Below are positions 7,969 through 18,403 of a stretch of 57,211 nt of DNA, piece after piece. This DNA comes from Propionicimonas sp. GTDB taxonomy: Bacteria > Actinomycetota > Actinomycetes > Propionibacteriales > Propionibacteriaceae. The notes beneath the pieces are model-generated. The model was given only the letters and a program-made list of their open reading frames with translations, did not search any database and was not told the DNA's origin. The number at the start of each line of letters is the position of its first letter. Position 1 is the stretch's first letter. The position numbers were made by a program, and so were the translations under genes. Location of the stretch: NCBI RefSeq assembly GCF_047606205.1, contig NZ_JASGES010000039.1:1-57211 (forward strand). Reading direction: 5' to 3'.

Positions 7969-10092
7969 TCAGGACCGGAGCGGGGCGACGAGTTCCTTCT
8001 CGCCCGGTACCTCCGCGGGGAAGTGGCACGCCGCGTCGTGGTCGGCCCCGTGCGCAGCCAGCAGCGGGACCACCTCGCGGCAGCGGACGCGGTCAGCCTC
8101 GCCCAGCGCGGCGTAGCGGAAGCAGCGGGTCCGGAACTTGCACCCCGACGGCGGGTCGGCGGGGCTGGGCAGGTCGCCGGACAACACGATGCGCTGGCGC
8201 GTCCGCTCGGTCTGCGGGTCGGGAATCGGGATCGCCGACAACAACGCCTGCGTGTAGGGATGGACGGGGTTGGTGTACACCTCGTCGACCTGGCCGATCT
8301 CGACGATCGAACCGAGGTACATCACCGCCACCCGGTTCGCGATGTGCCGGATCACGGCCAGGTCGTGCGCGACGAACAGGTACGACAGGCCCAGCTTGCC
8401 CTGCAGGTCCTCGAGCAGATTGATCACTCCGGCCTGGATCGACACGTCCAGCGCCGACACCGGCTCGTCGAGGACCATCACCTTCGGCTCCAGCGACAGG
8501 GCCCTGGCGATGCCGATCCGCTGCCGCTGCCCCCCGGAGAAGTGCTGCGGGTACCGGTCGGCGTGGGCCGGCTCCAGGCCGACCAGCCGCAGCAGGTCGT
8601 GGACGCGGGTCTCGATCTCGGCCCTGGGGTAGCCGAACACGCCCATCGGCTCGGCGATGATGTCGAAGATCGGCATCCGCGGGTCGAGCGAGGCCATCGG
8701 GTCCTGGAACACCACCTGCAGGTTGCGGCGCAACTGCTTGCGCGACCGCCGGTTCAGCGTGGAGGTGTCGTTACCGAGCACGTTCACCGTCCCGGCGGTG
8801 GGCGTGCCCATGTTGAGGATCTCCAGCAGCGTGGTGGTCTTGCCGCACCCTGACTCCCCCACCAGCCCGAGCGTCTCGCCCGAGCGGATGTCGAGGTCGA
8901 TCCCGTCCACCGCGTGCACCGTGCCGATCCGACGCCGGTAGATCGCACCCTTCATCAGCGGGTAGTGCCGCTTCAGCCCGGCGAGTTGCAGCACGACGTC
9001 GCGTTCCTCGCGCGGGGTGCCGGCCAGCTCCGAGGTGGTCAGCTCCGGCGCGGGGTACAGCATGTCGTGGCTCGCGCCCTCCAGCTCGTCGAGCCGGTGG
9101 CAGGCCGCCAGGTGGTCCATCGAGTCGGTCGGCTCCAGCTCGGGCTCGACCTGCGAGCACTTCGCCACCGCCATCGGGCACCGCGGCACGAACGGGCAAC
9201 CCGGCGGCAGGTCCACCACCGAGGGCGGGTTCCCCTCCAGCACCGGCAGGGCGCCGCTCGCCGTCTGGTCCAGACGCGGCACCGTGCCCAGCAGACCGAT
9301 CGTGTACGGCATCCGCGGGGCGTAGAAGATGTCGTCGACGCCGCCCTGCTCGACCGGACGCCCCGCGTACATCACCACCACCCGCTCGGCGGTGCCGGCG
9401 ACGATCCCCAGGTCGTGGGTGATCATGATGATGGCCGCACCGGTCTCCCGCTGGGCGGTCTTCAGCACCTCCAGCACCTGCGCCTGGATCGTGACGTCCA
9501 GCGCGGTGGTCGGCTCGTCGGCGATGATCACGTCGGGGTCGTTGGCGATCGCCATCGCGATCATCACGCGCTGCCGCATGCCGCCGGAGAACTCGAACGG
9601 GAACGACTTCACCCGGACCCTGGGGTTCGGGATCCCGACCAGGTCGAGCAGTTCGATCGCCCGCTCCCACGCCTTGGCCCTGGACAGGTCGTAGTGGGCC
9701 TGGATCGCCTCGACGATCTGGTCGCCCACCGTGTACACCGGCGTGAGCGCCGACAGCGGGTCCTGGAAGACCATGGCGATGTCGCGTCCGCGGATCTTGC
9801 TGAGTGCGTCGTCGCTCTGGCCGAGCAGCTCCTCGCCGTGCAGCGTGATCGAGCCGGTGATGCGGGTGGTCGGCGGGTGCAGGCCCATCACGGCCAGCGA
9901 GGTCACCGACTTGCCCGAGCCGGACTCGCCCACGATCGCCATGGTCTCGCCGGCAGCGAGGTCGAAGCTCAGTCCGCGGACGGCCCGGACCGGGCCCGCC
10001 TCGCTGGGAAAGGTGACGTGCAGGTCCCGCACGCTGAGGACGGTGTCGCCGGCCTTGGTGCGGCGGTCCTTCACCTGGGTGGTGATGCTCAC
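7969..10092 (-). CDS. Peptide ABC transporter ATP-binding protein, fused OppD/OppF
   Basis: Two Walker A (GESGSGKS, GESGCGKT), FSGGMRQR and FSGGQRQR signatures, Cys-rich C-terminal domains. Confidence 0.93.
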   Translation of the reverse strand: MSITTQVKDRRTKAGDTVLSVRDLHVTFPSEAGPVRAVRGLSFDLAAGETMAIVGESGSGKSVTSLAVMGLHPPTTRITGSITLHGEELLGQSDDALSKIRGRDIAMVFQDPLSALTPVYTVGDQIVEAIQAHYDLSRAKAWERAIELLDLVGIPNPRVRVKSFPFEFSGGMRQRVMIAMAIANDPDVIIADEPTTALDVTIQAQVLEVLKTAQRETGAAIIMITHDLGIVAGTAERVVVMYAGRPVEQGGVDDIFYAPRMPYTIGLLGTVPRLDQTASGALPVLEGNPPSVVDLPPGCPFVPRCPMAVAKCSQVEPELEPTDSMDHLAACHRLDELEGASHDMLYPAPELTTSELAGTPREERDVVLQLAGLKRHYPLMKGAIYRRRIGTVHAVDGIDLDIRSGETLGLVGESGCGKTTTLLEILNMGTPTAGTVNVLGNDTSTLNRRSRKQLRRNLQVVFQDPMASLDPRMPIFDIIAEPMGVFGYPRAEIETRVHDLLRLVGLEPAHADRYPQHFSGGQRQRIGIARALSLEPKVMVLDEPVSALDVSIQAGVINLLEDLQGKLGLSYLFVAHDLAVIRHIANRVAVMYLGSIVEIGQVDEVYTNPVHPYTQALLSAIPIPDPQTERTRQRIVLSGDLPSPADPPSGCKFRTRCFRYAALGEADRVRCREVVPLLAAHGADHDAACHFPAEVPGEKELVAPLRS

Positions 10093-10180
10093 TGCAGTGC
10101 CTCCGTGGGGTGCTCACCGCGGGCTCCCCGCGACCTTGTTCGCGGGCGCGCAGCGGAGGAGAAGAACGTGATCGGGCGGG

Positions 10181-11101
10181 TCATGCCTGGCCTCCGGACG
10201 CCGAGCTGGGGTCGAGGGCGTCGCGCAGGCCGTCACCGACAGCGTTCACGCACATGACCAGGAAGACCAGCAGGAACGCCGGCCCGAGGAACACCCACGG
10301 GTAGGTGGTCGCCATCCGCGCACCCTCGCCGATCAGGGTGCCGAGCGACGTGTCGGGCGCCTGGACGCCGAACCCGAAGTACGACAGCCCGGTCTCGGAC
10401 AGGATCGCGTAGCCGACGTTGAGGGTGGCGTCGATGATCAGCAGCGAGGACGCGTTCGGCAGGATGTGCCGCACGATGATCCGGAAGGCCGACAGACCCA
10501 TGAACTTCGCGGCCAGCACGTACTCGCGCTCCTTGATCGACAAGGTGAGCGAGCGGACGACCCGCGCCGACAGCGGCCACGCGAAGGCGGCCAGCAGCAC
10601 GACCAGCAGCATCCAGGCCGCGTCCCCCGACGGTGCGCCCCGCGACGCGACGGCGATCAGGAAGAAGCTCGGCACGACCAGCAGCAGGTCGATCACCCAC
10701 AGCGCGGCCTTCTCGTACCAGCCGCCGAGGTAGGCGGCGGACGCACCGACCAGCGCGGCGATCGACGTGGACAGGATCGCGACCAGGAAGCCGATCAGCA
10801 GCGACTTGCCGAGCCCCCGCACGGTCAGCGCGAGGACGTCGCGTCCGGCCTGGGTGGTGCCGAGGATGTGCGCGGAGTCGGGCGGGTTGAGGAACGCGTT
10901 GGTGTCGATGTCGTCGAACTTCCAGTACAGGAAGAAAGAGCCGAAGACCGCGAGGAAGACCAGGAAGAGGATCCCGAACGCCCCGATCACGGCCGCCTTG
11001 TTGCGCAGGAAGCGACGGAAGACCAGTTGGCCGCGGGACAGCCGCCTGGCCGGCTTCGCTGCCGCGATCTCGATCACGACGGGGTCGGTGGCGGCGCTCA
11101 T
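10181..11101 (-). CDS. oppC: Peptide ABC transporter permease OppC
   Basis: HILGT..GRD, EYVLAAKFMG, HILPN motifs. Confidence 0.92.
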   Translation of the reverse strand: MSAATDPVVIEIAAAKPARRLSRGQLVFRRFLRNKAAVIGAFGILFLVFLAVFGSFFLYWKFDDIDTNAFLNPPDSAHILGTTQAGRDVLALTVRGLGKSLLIGFLVAILSTSIAALVGASAAYLGGWYEKAALWVIDLLLVVPSFFLIAVASRGAPSGDAAWMLLVVLLAAFAWPLSARVVRSLTLSIKEREYVLAAKFMGLSAFRIIVRHILPNASSLLIIDATLNVGYAILSETGLSYFGFGVQAPDTSLGTLIGEGARMATTYPWVFLGPAFLLVFLVMCVNAVGDGLRDALDPSSASGGQA

Positions 11102-11168
11102 CGCGGCGTCCTCGCGGAGCTGGCCCGGGAAGCGCGGCGGGGGAAGCGAAGAACGCTGTCGACTTTCT

Positions 11169-12149
11169 TCATGCCAGCCTCACTCGGGGGTCGAGGATCG
11201 CGACCATGATGTCGGAGAGCACCGCGCCGGCGAGGACGCAGACGCCGGCGAACGCCGTCACCGCGACCACGCCGTTCACGTCCCGGTTGGTGATGGTGTC
11301 CACGCCGTACTGGCCGATGCCGGGGAAGTTGAAGATGCGCTCGGTGTAGGTGGCGCCCACGAACATCGTGGCGACGCTGAACGCGACGTAGGTGCCGGTC
11401 GGGATGAGGGCCGTGCGCAAGGCGTGCTTCATCACCGCCCTGCGCTGGGGCAGGCCCTTCGCGCGGGCCGTGCGGACGTAGTCGGCACCCAGCGAGTCGA
11501 GCATCAGGTTGCGCTGGATCCGGCTCATCGAGGCGGCCCCGATCACGATCAGCACCAGCGTGGGCAGGAACAGGTGCTGCAACCTGTCGACGAGGTCGGC
11601 GCCCGGGTAGTCGCCGACCGTCCCGGTCTCCCCGATGAACTCGAAGATCCGCGTCCCCGTGACGTTGTTGAACCAGGTCGCGCTGATCTGGGTGACGTGA
11701 CCGATCACGAACGCGGGCGTGGAGATGATCAGCAGCGACAGCGCGGTGACCGTCCGGTCGCTCACCTTGTACTGGCGCGTGGCCGTCCACGCCCCGGCGG
11801 CGACGCCGATCACGATGCCGGCGATCGTGCCGATCAGCAGCAGGCGCAGGCTCACCCACATGCGGGTACTGATCTGCTCGGCGACGTTCACGCCCGTCGG
11901 CGAGTATCCCCAGTCGCCGCGCAGCACCCCGCTCAGCCAGACCCAGTAGCGCTCCAGCAGCGGCACCTGGTCGCTGAGGTTGTACTGACGCAACTGCGCC
12001 TCGACGATTGCTGGGTCCACCGGCGGCTGGCGAACGGCCCACAGGGCCTTCGGGTTCAGCTGGGTGGCAGCCAGCAGGAAGGTGAGCGACACTGCGACGT
12101 ACAGCAGCACGACGTAGTTCAGCAGCCGCTTCCCGATGTAGCGAACCAT
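11169..12149 (-). CDS. oppB: Peptide ABC transporter permease OppB
   Basis: GDWGYS and DYVRTARAKGL motifs. Confidence 0.92.
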   Translation of the reverse strand: MVRYIGKRLLNYVVLLYVAVSLTFLLAATQLNPKALWAVRQPPVDPAIVEAQLRQYNLSDQVPLLERYWVWLSGVLRGDWGYSPTGVNVAEQISTRMWVSLRLLLIGTIAGIVIGVAAGAWTATRQYKVSDRTVTALSLLIISTPAFVIGHVTQISATWFNNVTGTRIFEFIGETGTVGDYPGADLVDRLQHLFLPTLVLIVIGAASMSRIQRNLMLDSLGADYVRTARAKGLPQRRAVMKHALRTALIPTGTYVAFSVATMFVGATYTERIFNFPGIGQYGVDTITNRDVNGVVAVTAFAGVCVLAGAVLSDIMVAILDPRVRLA

Positions 12150-12189
12150 GCAGGGAACGTAGCGCAGGGACCGGACTTCCCCAAACGCC

Positions 12190-12627
12190 TCAGCGCGACC
12201 TCGCCCTGCGATTGACCACCACTGTGCCCAGGACCAGGTCGTTGAGCGCCCTGCGTTCCGCCCCGATCACCACGGTCGGCAGGACCAGGCAGATCATCGC
12301 CGCACGGGCCAGCGCGCGCAGCCAGCCGAGGCGCTCCCCGTCCAGCCGGGCGATGCCGATGCCGGCGATCAGCTGTCCGAAACTGCCGCCGGCGAGGGCC
12401 CCCAGCACGGCGCTCTCGACGAAGAAGACCGTCAGCACCATCCAGGCCCGCCAGCCGCCACCGGTGAGGACGCCCGTCCCGAACAGGAACACCGCCACGA
12501 CCATGCACACCCCCCAGTCCAGGATGAGGGCCGCGATCCGGGAGAACCAGGACGCCAGCGACCCCGCCCCGGCCTCGGGCAGGCCGATGCTCGAGCCCGG
12601 GTACTCCTCGGTCTGCGCACTCGCCAC
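12190..12627 (-). CDS. RDD family membrane protein
   Basis: RIAALILD and LNDLVLGTVVV; conserved position divergent from glnA1. Confidence 0.88.
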   Translation of the reverse strand: MASAQTEEYPGSSIGLPEAGAGSLASWFSRIAALILDWGVCMVVAVFLFGTGVLTGGGWRAWMVLTVFFVESAVLGALAGGSFGQLIAGIGIARLDGERLGWLRALARAAMICLVLPTVVIGAERRALNDLVLGTVVVNRRARSR

Positions 12628-12714
12628 GAACCGAGCTTAGGGGACGAGCGGTGGACGGATCCCGGGCTCGGGCGCGCCGCTGGCATGCTCGTGCCACGAC
12701 ACCGGACGTAGCCC

Positions 12715-12774
12715 GTGACAGCACCCTGCTCAGCGCGTTACGCCGCTGAAACATGGACGCAACTCCATGGTTAC
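12715..12774 (+). promoter_or_regulatory. GlnR binding-site array upstream of glnA1
   Basis: GTTAC-n6-GAAAC-n6-GCAAC-n6-GTTAC at 12737-12774, in-phase GTGAC at 12715; TAGCGT -10 at 12785. Confidence 0.85.
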
Positions 12775-12826
12775 GGCTGGTGCCTAGCGTGTGCTTCGTT
12801 CGATTCCCTTACGTGTGGAGGACCCA

Positions 12827-14257
12827 ATGTTCCAAGGCGCCGACGACCTGTTGGCCTACATCAAGGACGAAGGCGTCGAGACCGTCGACGTCCGGTTCTG
12901 CGATCTCCCGGGCGTGATGCAGCACTTCACCGTGCCCGCCCAGTTCTTCGGTCCCGAGGTGTTCGAGGACGGCCTGTCCTTCGACGGCTCCTCGATCCGC
13001 GGGTTCCAGAAGATCCACGAGTCCGACATGACCCTCATGCCCGACCCGTCCACCGCGTTCGTGGACCCCTTCCGCCGGTCGAAGACCCTGGCGGTGAGCT
13101 TCTTCGTGCACGACCCGCTGACCAAGGAGCCCTACAGCCGCGACCCGCGCAACATCGCGCGCAAGGCCGAGAACTACCTCGCCTCCACCGGTATCGGCGA
13201 CACCGCGTTCATGGGCCCGGAGGCCGAGTTCTACGTCTTCGACTCGGTCCGCTTCGAGACGAAGTCGAACGCCAGCTTCTACTACATCGACTCCGAGGCC
13301 GGCGCCTGGAACACCGGTGCCGAGTCCGACACCGACGGGCGCGGCAACCGCGGCTACAAGGTGAAGTACAAGGGCGGCTACTTCCCCGTCCCGCCGGTCG
13401 ACCACTTCGCCGACCTGCGCGACGACATGGTGCGCAACCTGATCGACGTCGGCCTGACCATCGAGCGGGCGCACCACGAGGTGGGCACCGCCGGCCAGGG
13501 CGAGATCGCGACCAAGTTCGACACCATGCTGACCGCGGCCGACAACCTGATGAAGTACAAGTACATCGTCAAGAACACGGCGTGGGCCGCGGGCAAGACC
13601 GCCACCTTCATGCCGAAGCCGATCTTCGGCGACAACGGCTCGGGTATGCACGTGCACCAGTCGATCTGGAAGGGCGGCGAGCCGCTGTTCTACGACGAGG
13701 CCGGCTACGCGAACCTGTCCGACCTGGCCCGCTGGTACATCGGCGGCCTGCTCAAGCACGCCCCGGCCGTGCTGGCCTTCACCAACCCGACGGTGAACAG
13801 CTACCACCGCCTGGTCCCCGGCTTCGAGGCCCCGGTCAACCTCGTCTACAGCAGCCGCAACCGCTCGGCGTCCATCCGGATCCCGATCACGGGCTCCAAC
13901 CCGAAGGCCAAGCGCCTCGAGTTCCGCTGCCCCGACCCGTCGTCCAACCCGTTCCTGGCGTTCCCCGCCATGCTGCTGGCCGGCCTCGACGGCATCCAGA
14001 ACAAGATCGAGCCGCCGGCTCCGGTCGACAAGGACCTCTACGAGCTGCCTCCTGAGGAGCACGCACAGGTCGCCACCGTTCCCGACTCGCTCGGCGCGGT
14101 GCTGGACGCGCTGGAGGCCGACCACGACTTCCTGCTCGCCGGCGACGTGTTCACCCCGGACCTGATCGAGACCTGGGTAGACATGAAGCGCTCGGACATC
14201 GACGCGATCCGGCTCCGTCCGCACCCGCACGAGTTCGAGATGTACTACGACATGTGA
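12827..14257 (+). CDS. glnA: Glutamine synthetase type I (GSI-beta)
   Basis: [40 protein letters not shown] adenylylation site; GGAGG RBS. Confidence 0.98.
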   Translation: MFQGADDLLAYIKDEGVETVDVRFCDLPGVMQHFTVPAQFFGPEVFEDGLSFDGSSIRGFQKIHESDMTLMPDPSTAFVDPFRRSKTLAVSFFVHDPLTKEPYSRDPRNIARKAENYLASTGIGDTAFMGPEAEFYVFDSVRFETKSNASFYYIDSEAGAWNTGAESDTDGRGNRGYKVKYKGGYFPVPPVDHFADLRDDMVRNLIDVGLTIERAHHEVGTAGQGEIATKFDTMLTAADNLMKYKYIVKNTAWAAGKTATFMPKPIFGDNGSGMHVHQSIWKGGEPLFYDEAGYANLSDLARWYIGGLLKHAPAVLAFTNPTVNSYHRLVPGFEAPVNLVYSSRNRSASIRIPITGSNPKAKRLEFRCPDPSSNPFLAFPAMLLAGLDGIQNKIEPPAPVDKDLYELPPEEHAQVATVPDSLGAVLDALEADHDFLLAGDVFTPDLIETWVDMKRSDIDAIRLRPHPHEFEMYYDM

Positions 14258-14287
14258 TCGTTCCGCGATCGCGTGCGCTGTCCGCGA

Positions 14288-14326
14288 CCAGTGGCCCGGG
14301 GTTCCGCCCCGGGCCACTGGCCTCTT
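14288..14326 (+). terminator. glnA1 terminator hairpin
   Basis: ccagtggcccgggg-ttccg-ccccgggccactgg then cctctt. Confidence 0.8.
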
Positions 14327-14624
14327 CCGGGGAGTCGGCGGTACGCCGTCAGGGCCGCCTCACCCGTGCCTCGGCCGCGACGGCCGTCCTCACCGAACCC
14401 ACAGGAACGGCCTGAGGTCAGCACAGCCCGCGGGAGTTGAGTAGTGGTCACGAACGAACCACCGAACTCCTGGAGGCAGATGACGAGAGCCAACCTGATT
14501 TCCCCTTCATGTGTCACGGCCCCGTCGATCCCTCGGCGGGGCCGTGGGCCGTCCGGGCACGGGTGGCGCCGACGCGTCCGGGATGGCCATAGCCTTGGGG
14601 CATGCCGACCAGGGACGCCGTCTG

Positions 14625-15416
14625 ATGGAGGTGCTGCTGCTGGGCACCGGCGCCGCCGACGGGATCCCCAACCTGTTCTGCCGGTGCGCGACCTGCACGG
14701 ACTACCGCCGGCGGGGCGAACTCCGGACGCCGACATCGGTGCTGGTCGACGGACGGCTGCTGGTCGACCCGGGCCCGGAGGCGCCGCGGCAGGTCGCGAG
14801 GCTGGGCCGCGACCTGGTCGGGCTGGCGGCGATCCTCGCCGGACACGCGCACGACGACCACCTCGACCCCGCCGTCCTGCTGCACCGGTCCTGGGTGAGC
14901 CAGGCTCCGCTCGACGTCGTCGGACCCGCGCCGGTGATCGAGTCGTCGCGTCCATGGCTCGACCCGGAGCAGGCCGCGGTCACCTTCACCACGGTCGCCG
15001 CGGGCCAGGAGTTCGAGGTCGCCGGCTATCGCGTGACAGCACTTCCGGCCAACCACGAAGCCTTCGGCGAGGCGCTGTGCTACCTGATCGACGACGGCGC
15101 GTCCACACTGCTGTACGCGAGCGACACCGGACTCCTGCCCGAGGCGGCCTGGGCACTCCTTGAGGGCCGTCGGGCGGACCTTGTGCTGCTCGAGGAGACC
15201 TTCGGTGACCGCACCGAGAAGGGAGATCACCACCTCCACCTGAAGACGTTCGCCGCCACGGTCGAGCGGCTGCGGTCACAGGGGGTGGTGGACGCGACGA
15301 CCCGTGTGGTCGCCGTCCACCTCGCTCACGACAATCCTCCGCTCGCCGCGCTGCGGGCCGACCTGGCCCGGTGCGGCGCGGAGGCGCTGCCCGATGGGAC
15401 CGTCATCCGGCTGTGA
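14625..15416 (+). CDS. MBL-fold metallohydrolase (PhnP/PqqB-like)
   Basis: LLGTGAADGIP..FCRCATC, HAHDDH, YASDTG, HLAH motifs. Confidence 0.85.
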   Translation: MEVLLLGTGAADGIPNLFCRCATCTDYRRRGELRTPTSVLVDGRLLVDPGPEAPRQVARLGRDLVGLAAILAGHAHDDHLDPAVLLHRSWVSQAPLDVVGPAPVIESSRPWLDPEQAAVTFTTVAAGQEFEVAGYRVTALPANHEAFGEALCYLIDDGASTLLYASDTGLLPEAAWALLEGRRADLVLLEETFGDRTEKGDHHLHLKTFAATVERLRSQGVVDATTRVVAVHLAHDNPPLAALRADLARCGAEALPDGTVIRL

Positions 15417-15519
15417 GGCGGGCTCCCCCGTTCCCGCTCAGGAACCATTCCGGGCGCGGGCGGGGGGACGGGTTCGCCGCCGGTTCGGCTTCTCTCGGGT
15501 CAGGAACCGTCCCGCCCGG

Positions 15520-15726
15520 TCAGGTCGTGGCCAGGTGCCGCGCGGGGGTGCGTTCGAGCCGAGCGGCGAGACGGAGCTGGATCTCTGCCGTCCGTCGGAG
15601 CACGCGGGCGGCCACCGAACGCGTGCGGGGCGTCGGAACCCCGGCCTCCGGCAGGGCCGGCCCGGCCAGGGCGTTGTCGCGGGCCGTGCGCTCGATGATC
15701 GGGGCAAGGCTCAGGTATCCGGACAT
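15520..15726 (-). CDS. Small hypothetical protein (68 aa) downstream of the LacI gene
   Basis: AGAAGAGGA RBS; co-oriented 32 nt after the lacI-family stop. Confidence 0.65.
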   Translation of the reverse strand: MSGYLSLAPIIERTARDNALAGPALPEAGVPTPRTRSVAARVLRRTAEIQLRLAARLERTPARHLATT

Positions 15727-15758
15727 GAGTGTTCCTCTTCTCAGGGTTGTGGCCGCGA

Positions 15759-16826
15759 TCAGGCCACGGGAGTGGTGCTGCTCCGCACGACCAACTCGTG
15801 GGGCAGGATGATCCGGCGTTCGCTGCGTTCCGGATCGAGCAGGAGTTCTGCGGCGAGCCGGCCCTTCTCGCGGATCGGCTGGCGGATCGTGGTCAGGCCG
15901 GCGGCCGCCGACTCGGGCAGGTCGTCGAAACCCACCACGGAGACGTCCCGACCGGGCTGCACGCCACGCTGGCGGCAGGAGTCCATGAACCCCAGCGCGA
16001 GCACGTCGCTGACGGCCACCACCGCGGTCGGCCGGTTCAGGCGGTCCAGGACGAGTGCCCCCGCTTCACGGCCCGAGGCACGGGAGTTGACGCCGGTGAC
16101 CACCACGGACACCGTCGCGTCGCCGAGACCGTCGATGACCCCACGGATCCGGTGGAAGGTGTCGAAGTAGCCGACTCCGGCGTAGTCGTCCACCAGGCGG
16201 CTGAGCTCCGCCGGCTGGTGCTCGGTGAGCGCGGGCTGGCCCGGATGCGCGGTTTCGATCAGCAGGCTGACCCTGGTGTGGCCGAGCCGCGCGATGTACC
16301 GGCCCGCCTCGAGCGCAGCGGCGTAGTCGTCGATGGCGACGTAGTCTCCGGCCAGGGGTGCCGCCCCGACGGGCTGGCCCATCGTGCAGTAGACCGTCGG
16401 GAGTCCCCGCTCCCGCGCCCGGGCCATTGCCGGCTGGTCACCGCAGAGCCCTGCGATGCCGTCGATCGCCGCGTCCTGGACGGCCGCGAGGGCCTCCGCG
16501 TCGCGGGCGGGAACGCTGAGGAGCATGATCCCTGCCCGCCGACGTTCCATCACCTCGCTGAAGGCCGTCAGCCATGCGACGGAGAAGGGATCGGAGAAGG
16601 CGTAGGACAGCCGCTCCTCGAAGACCACGGCGAAGGTGTTCGTGCGGCCGGAGCGCAGCTGCCGCGCGACCGCGTCGGGGCCGGTGTACCCCATCTTGGC
16701 CGCCCGCTCGAGCACCCGCCGCCGGAGGTCGGCGGAGAGTTGGTCCGGGTGGTTGAAGGCGTTCGACACCGTCATCACCGACACCCCCATCACCGTGGCG
16801 ATGTCCTGCTGGGTCACCTTGACCAT
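15759..16826 (-). CDS. LacI family transcriptional regulator
   Basis: TQQDIA...GVSVMTVSNAFN HTH; VSVVGFDD, LTTIRQP; AGGAAGGAGG RBS. Confidence 0.95.
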   Translation of the reverse strand: MVKVTQQDIATVMGVSVMTVSNAFNHPDQLSADLRRRVLERAAKMGYTGPDAVARQLRSGRTNTFAVVFEERLSYAFSDPFSVAWLTAFSEVMERRRAGIMLLSVPARDAEALAAVQDAAIDGIAGLCGDQPAMARARERGLPTVYCTMGQPVGAAPLAGDYVAIDDYAAALEAGRYIARLGHTRVSLLIETAHPGQPALTEHQPAELSRLVDDYAGVGYFDTFHRIRGVIDGLGDATVSVVVTGVNSRASGREAGALVLDRLNRPTAVVAVSDVLALGFMDSCRQRGVQPGRDVSVVGFDDLPESAAAGLTTIRQPIREKGRLAAELLLDPERSERRIILPHELVVRSSTTPVA

Positions 16827-16865
16827 GCCCACCTCCTTCCTGCGATGTGTTGCCTCCATGGTGAT

Positions 16866-16912
16866 CTTTATCGTTAAAGTTATCAAGGAGTCGAGCGTCT
16901 GTATCGTTAAAG
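16866..16912. promoter_or_regulatory. Two LacI-type operators
   Basis: CTTTATCGTTAAAG (16866-16879) and CTGTATCGTTAAAG (16899-16912), near-palindromes with central CG, 33 bp apart. Confidence 0.75.
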
Positions 16913-16996
16913 AACCGGTGCCGCGCCGATCGGCCGGCCCGTCGGCCGGACCGGCGTCCTTCTGGCCCGGCTCCGCAGGGCATGGGAGGATCGGGC

Positions 16997-17389
16997 ATGA
17001 CCAGCCGGATCTCGCACACCACGATCGACTGCTCGGAGCCGTACCAGCTCTCGCTGTGGTGGGAGCAGGTGATCGACTACCACGCGGATCCCGCCGACCC
17101 GAACGAGCCCGACCACGAGGAGTGCCTGCTCCTGCCGGCCGGCGGCGGCCAGGGGGTGTTGTTCATCAAGGTCCCCGAGCCGAAGTCGGTGAAGAACCGG
17201 CTGCACTTCGACCTGCGTCCGACCGACCGCACCCGCGACGAGGAAGTCGAGCGCGTGCTCGGCCTCGGCGCCACCTTCATCGCCGATCACCGCGGTATCC
17301 ACGGCCCGGGCAGCGGCTGGGTCGTCCTGGCCGATCCGGAGGGCAACGAGTTCTGCATCCTGCGTTCTGACGCCGAACTGACCGCCTGA
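16997..17389 (+). CDS. VOC/glyoxalase family protein
   Basis: KNRLHFDL, LADPEGNEFC; GGGAGG RBS. Confidence 0.92.
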   Translation: MTSRISHTTIDCSEPYQLSLWWEQVIDYHADPADPNEPDHEECLLLPAGGGQGVLFIKVPEPKSVKNRLHFDLRPTDRTRDEEVERVLGLGATFIADHRGIHGPGSGWVVLADPEGNEFCILRSDAELTA

Positions 17390-17419
17390 CCCGCTGAACG
17401 GCAAAGGGGACAGACCTGC

Positions 17420-17674
17420 GAACGGGAAAGGAACCGTCCCCGATCTCGTTCGGGGGACGGTTCCTTTCCCGTTCGATGGTCTGTCCCCGATCTCGTTCGT
17501 CGTTCGGGGGACGGTTCCTTTCCCGTTCAGCGGTCCGTCCCCGATCTCGTTCGGGGGACGGTTCCTTTCCCGTTCGATGGTCCGTCCCCGATCCCGTTCG
17601 GGGGACGGTTCCTTTCCCGTTCGATGGTCCGTCCCCGATCTCGTTCGGGGGACGGTTCCTTTCCCGTTCAGCGG
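17420..17674. repeat. REP-like tandem array, five ~47-bp palindromic units
   Basis: Unit ccgtccccgatctcgttcgggggacggttcctttcccgttc(gatggt/agcggt) starting at 17434, 17481, 17535, 17582 and 17629; first unit is part of a long inverted repeat. Confidence 0.9.
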
Positions 17675-18403
17675 CTACTCGGCGTTCCACAGGCGGGTGT
17701 AGAAGTCCTGCCTGACCGGATCGGGGCCGATGCCGTAGCCGGCCAGGAACGCTGGCTCCCAGCCCGCCCCGAAGTTCCAGCCGAGGCTGAGCAGGGCAGG
17801 CGCCAGGTCGGCCCAGCGGTCGCCGACGCCGAGCCGGCCCAGGTCGACGTAGCCGACGCAGCGCCCGTCCGTATCCAGCAGGAAGTTGGGGTTGCAGGCG
17901 TCGCCGTGGCACACCACCGGATCGAGGTCGGGCCAGGGCCCGAGCGCACCGGCGCGCAGCCCGCGGTACGCCAGCCGGCCGGTGATCGACCAGCCCCAGC
18001 GGCAGGCGTCCACCGGCACCGTGTCGTGAAAACGGCGCAGCGCGCGACCCAGTTCGGGCACCACCCGTTCGGGGTGCGACCGCCACCCCCCGAGGACGGC
18101 GGAGGTCGCCGGGATGCCCTCGGTGCGGAACCAGAGGTTGCCCGCCGCGTCCGCACCGTGCCCGAGCGGACGCGGGACCGTGACGAACGCACCAACCCAC
18201 GCCAGCCGCTCGGACTCCGTCAGCGGATCGAACTCCGCGTGCGGGGGTCCGTACTTCACGTACTCCGCGCCGTCGCCGATGCTGAACGTGACACCGCCGA
18301 GCTCGTTGCGCCATACCGGCGAGACCGGGCGGCCGGCGGCGAGGGCGCGCACGACGTCCGGGACGGCGACGCCGTCCAGACGGGTGTTGGGGTTGTCGGT
18401 CAT
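17675..18403 (-). CDS. Aminoglycoside 3'-phosphotransferase-like kinase
   Basis: VWRNELGGVTF, HGDACNPN (Brenner motif), VDLGRLGVGDRWADLA. Confidence 0.85.
   Translation of the reverse strand: MTDNPNTRLDGVAVPDVVRALAAGRPVSPVWRNELGGVTFSIGDGAEYVKYGPPHAEFDPLTESERLAWVGAFVTVPRPLGHGADAAGNLWFRTEGIPATSAVLGGWRSHPERVVPELGRALRRFHDTVPVDACRWGWSITGRLAYRGLRAGALGPWPDLDPVVCHGDACNPNFLLDTDGRCVGYVDLGRLGVGDRWADLAPALLSLGWNFGAGWEPAFLAGYGIGPDPVRQDFYTRLWNAE

Noticed and set aside
17420-17674. Possible CRISPR array
   Set aside because: Units are near-identical end to end with no unique spacers, and no cas genes are present; this is a REP-like tandem repeat
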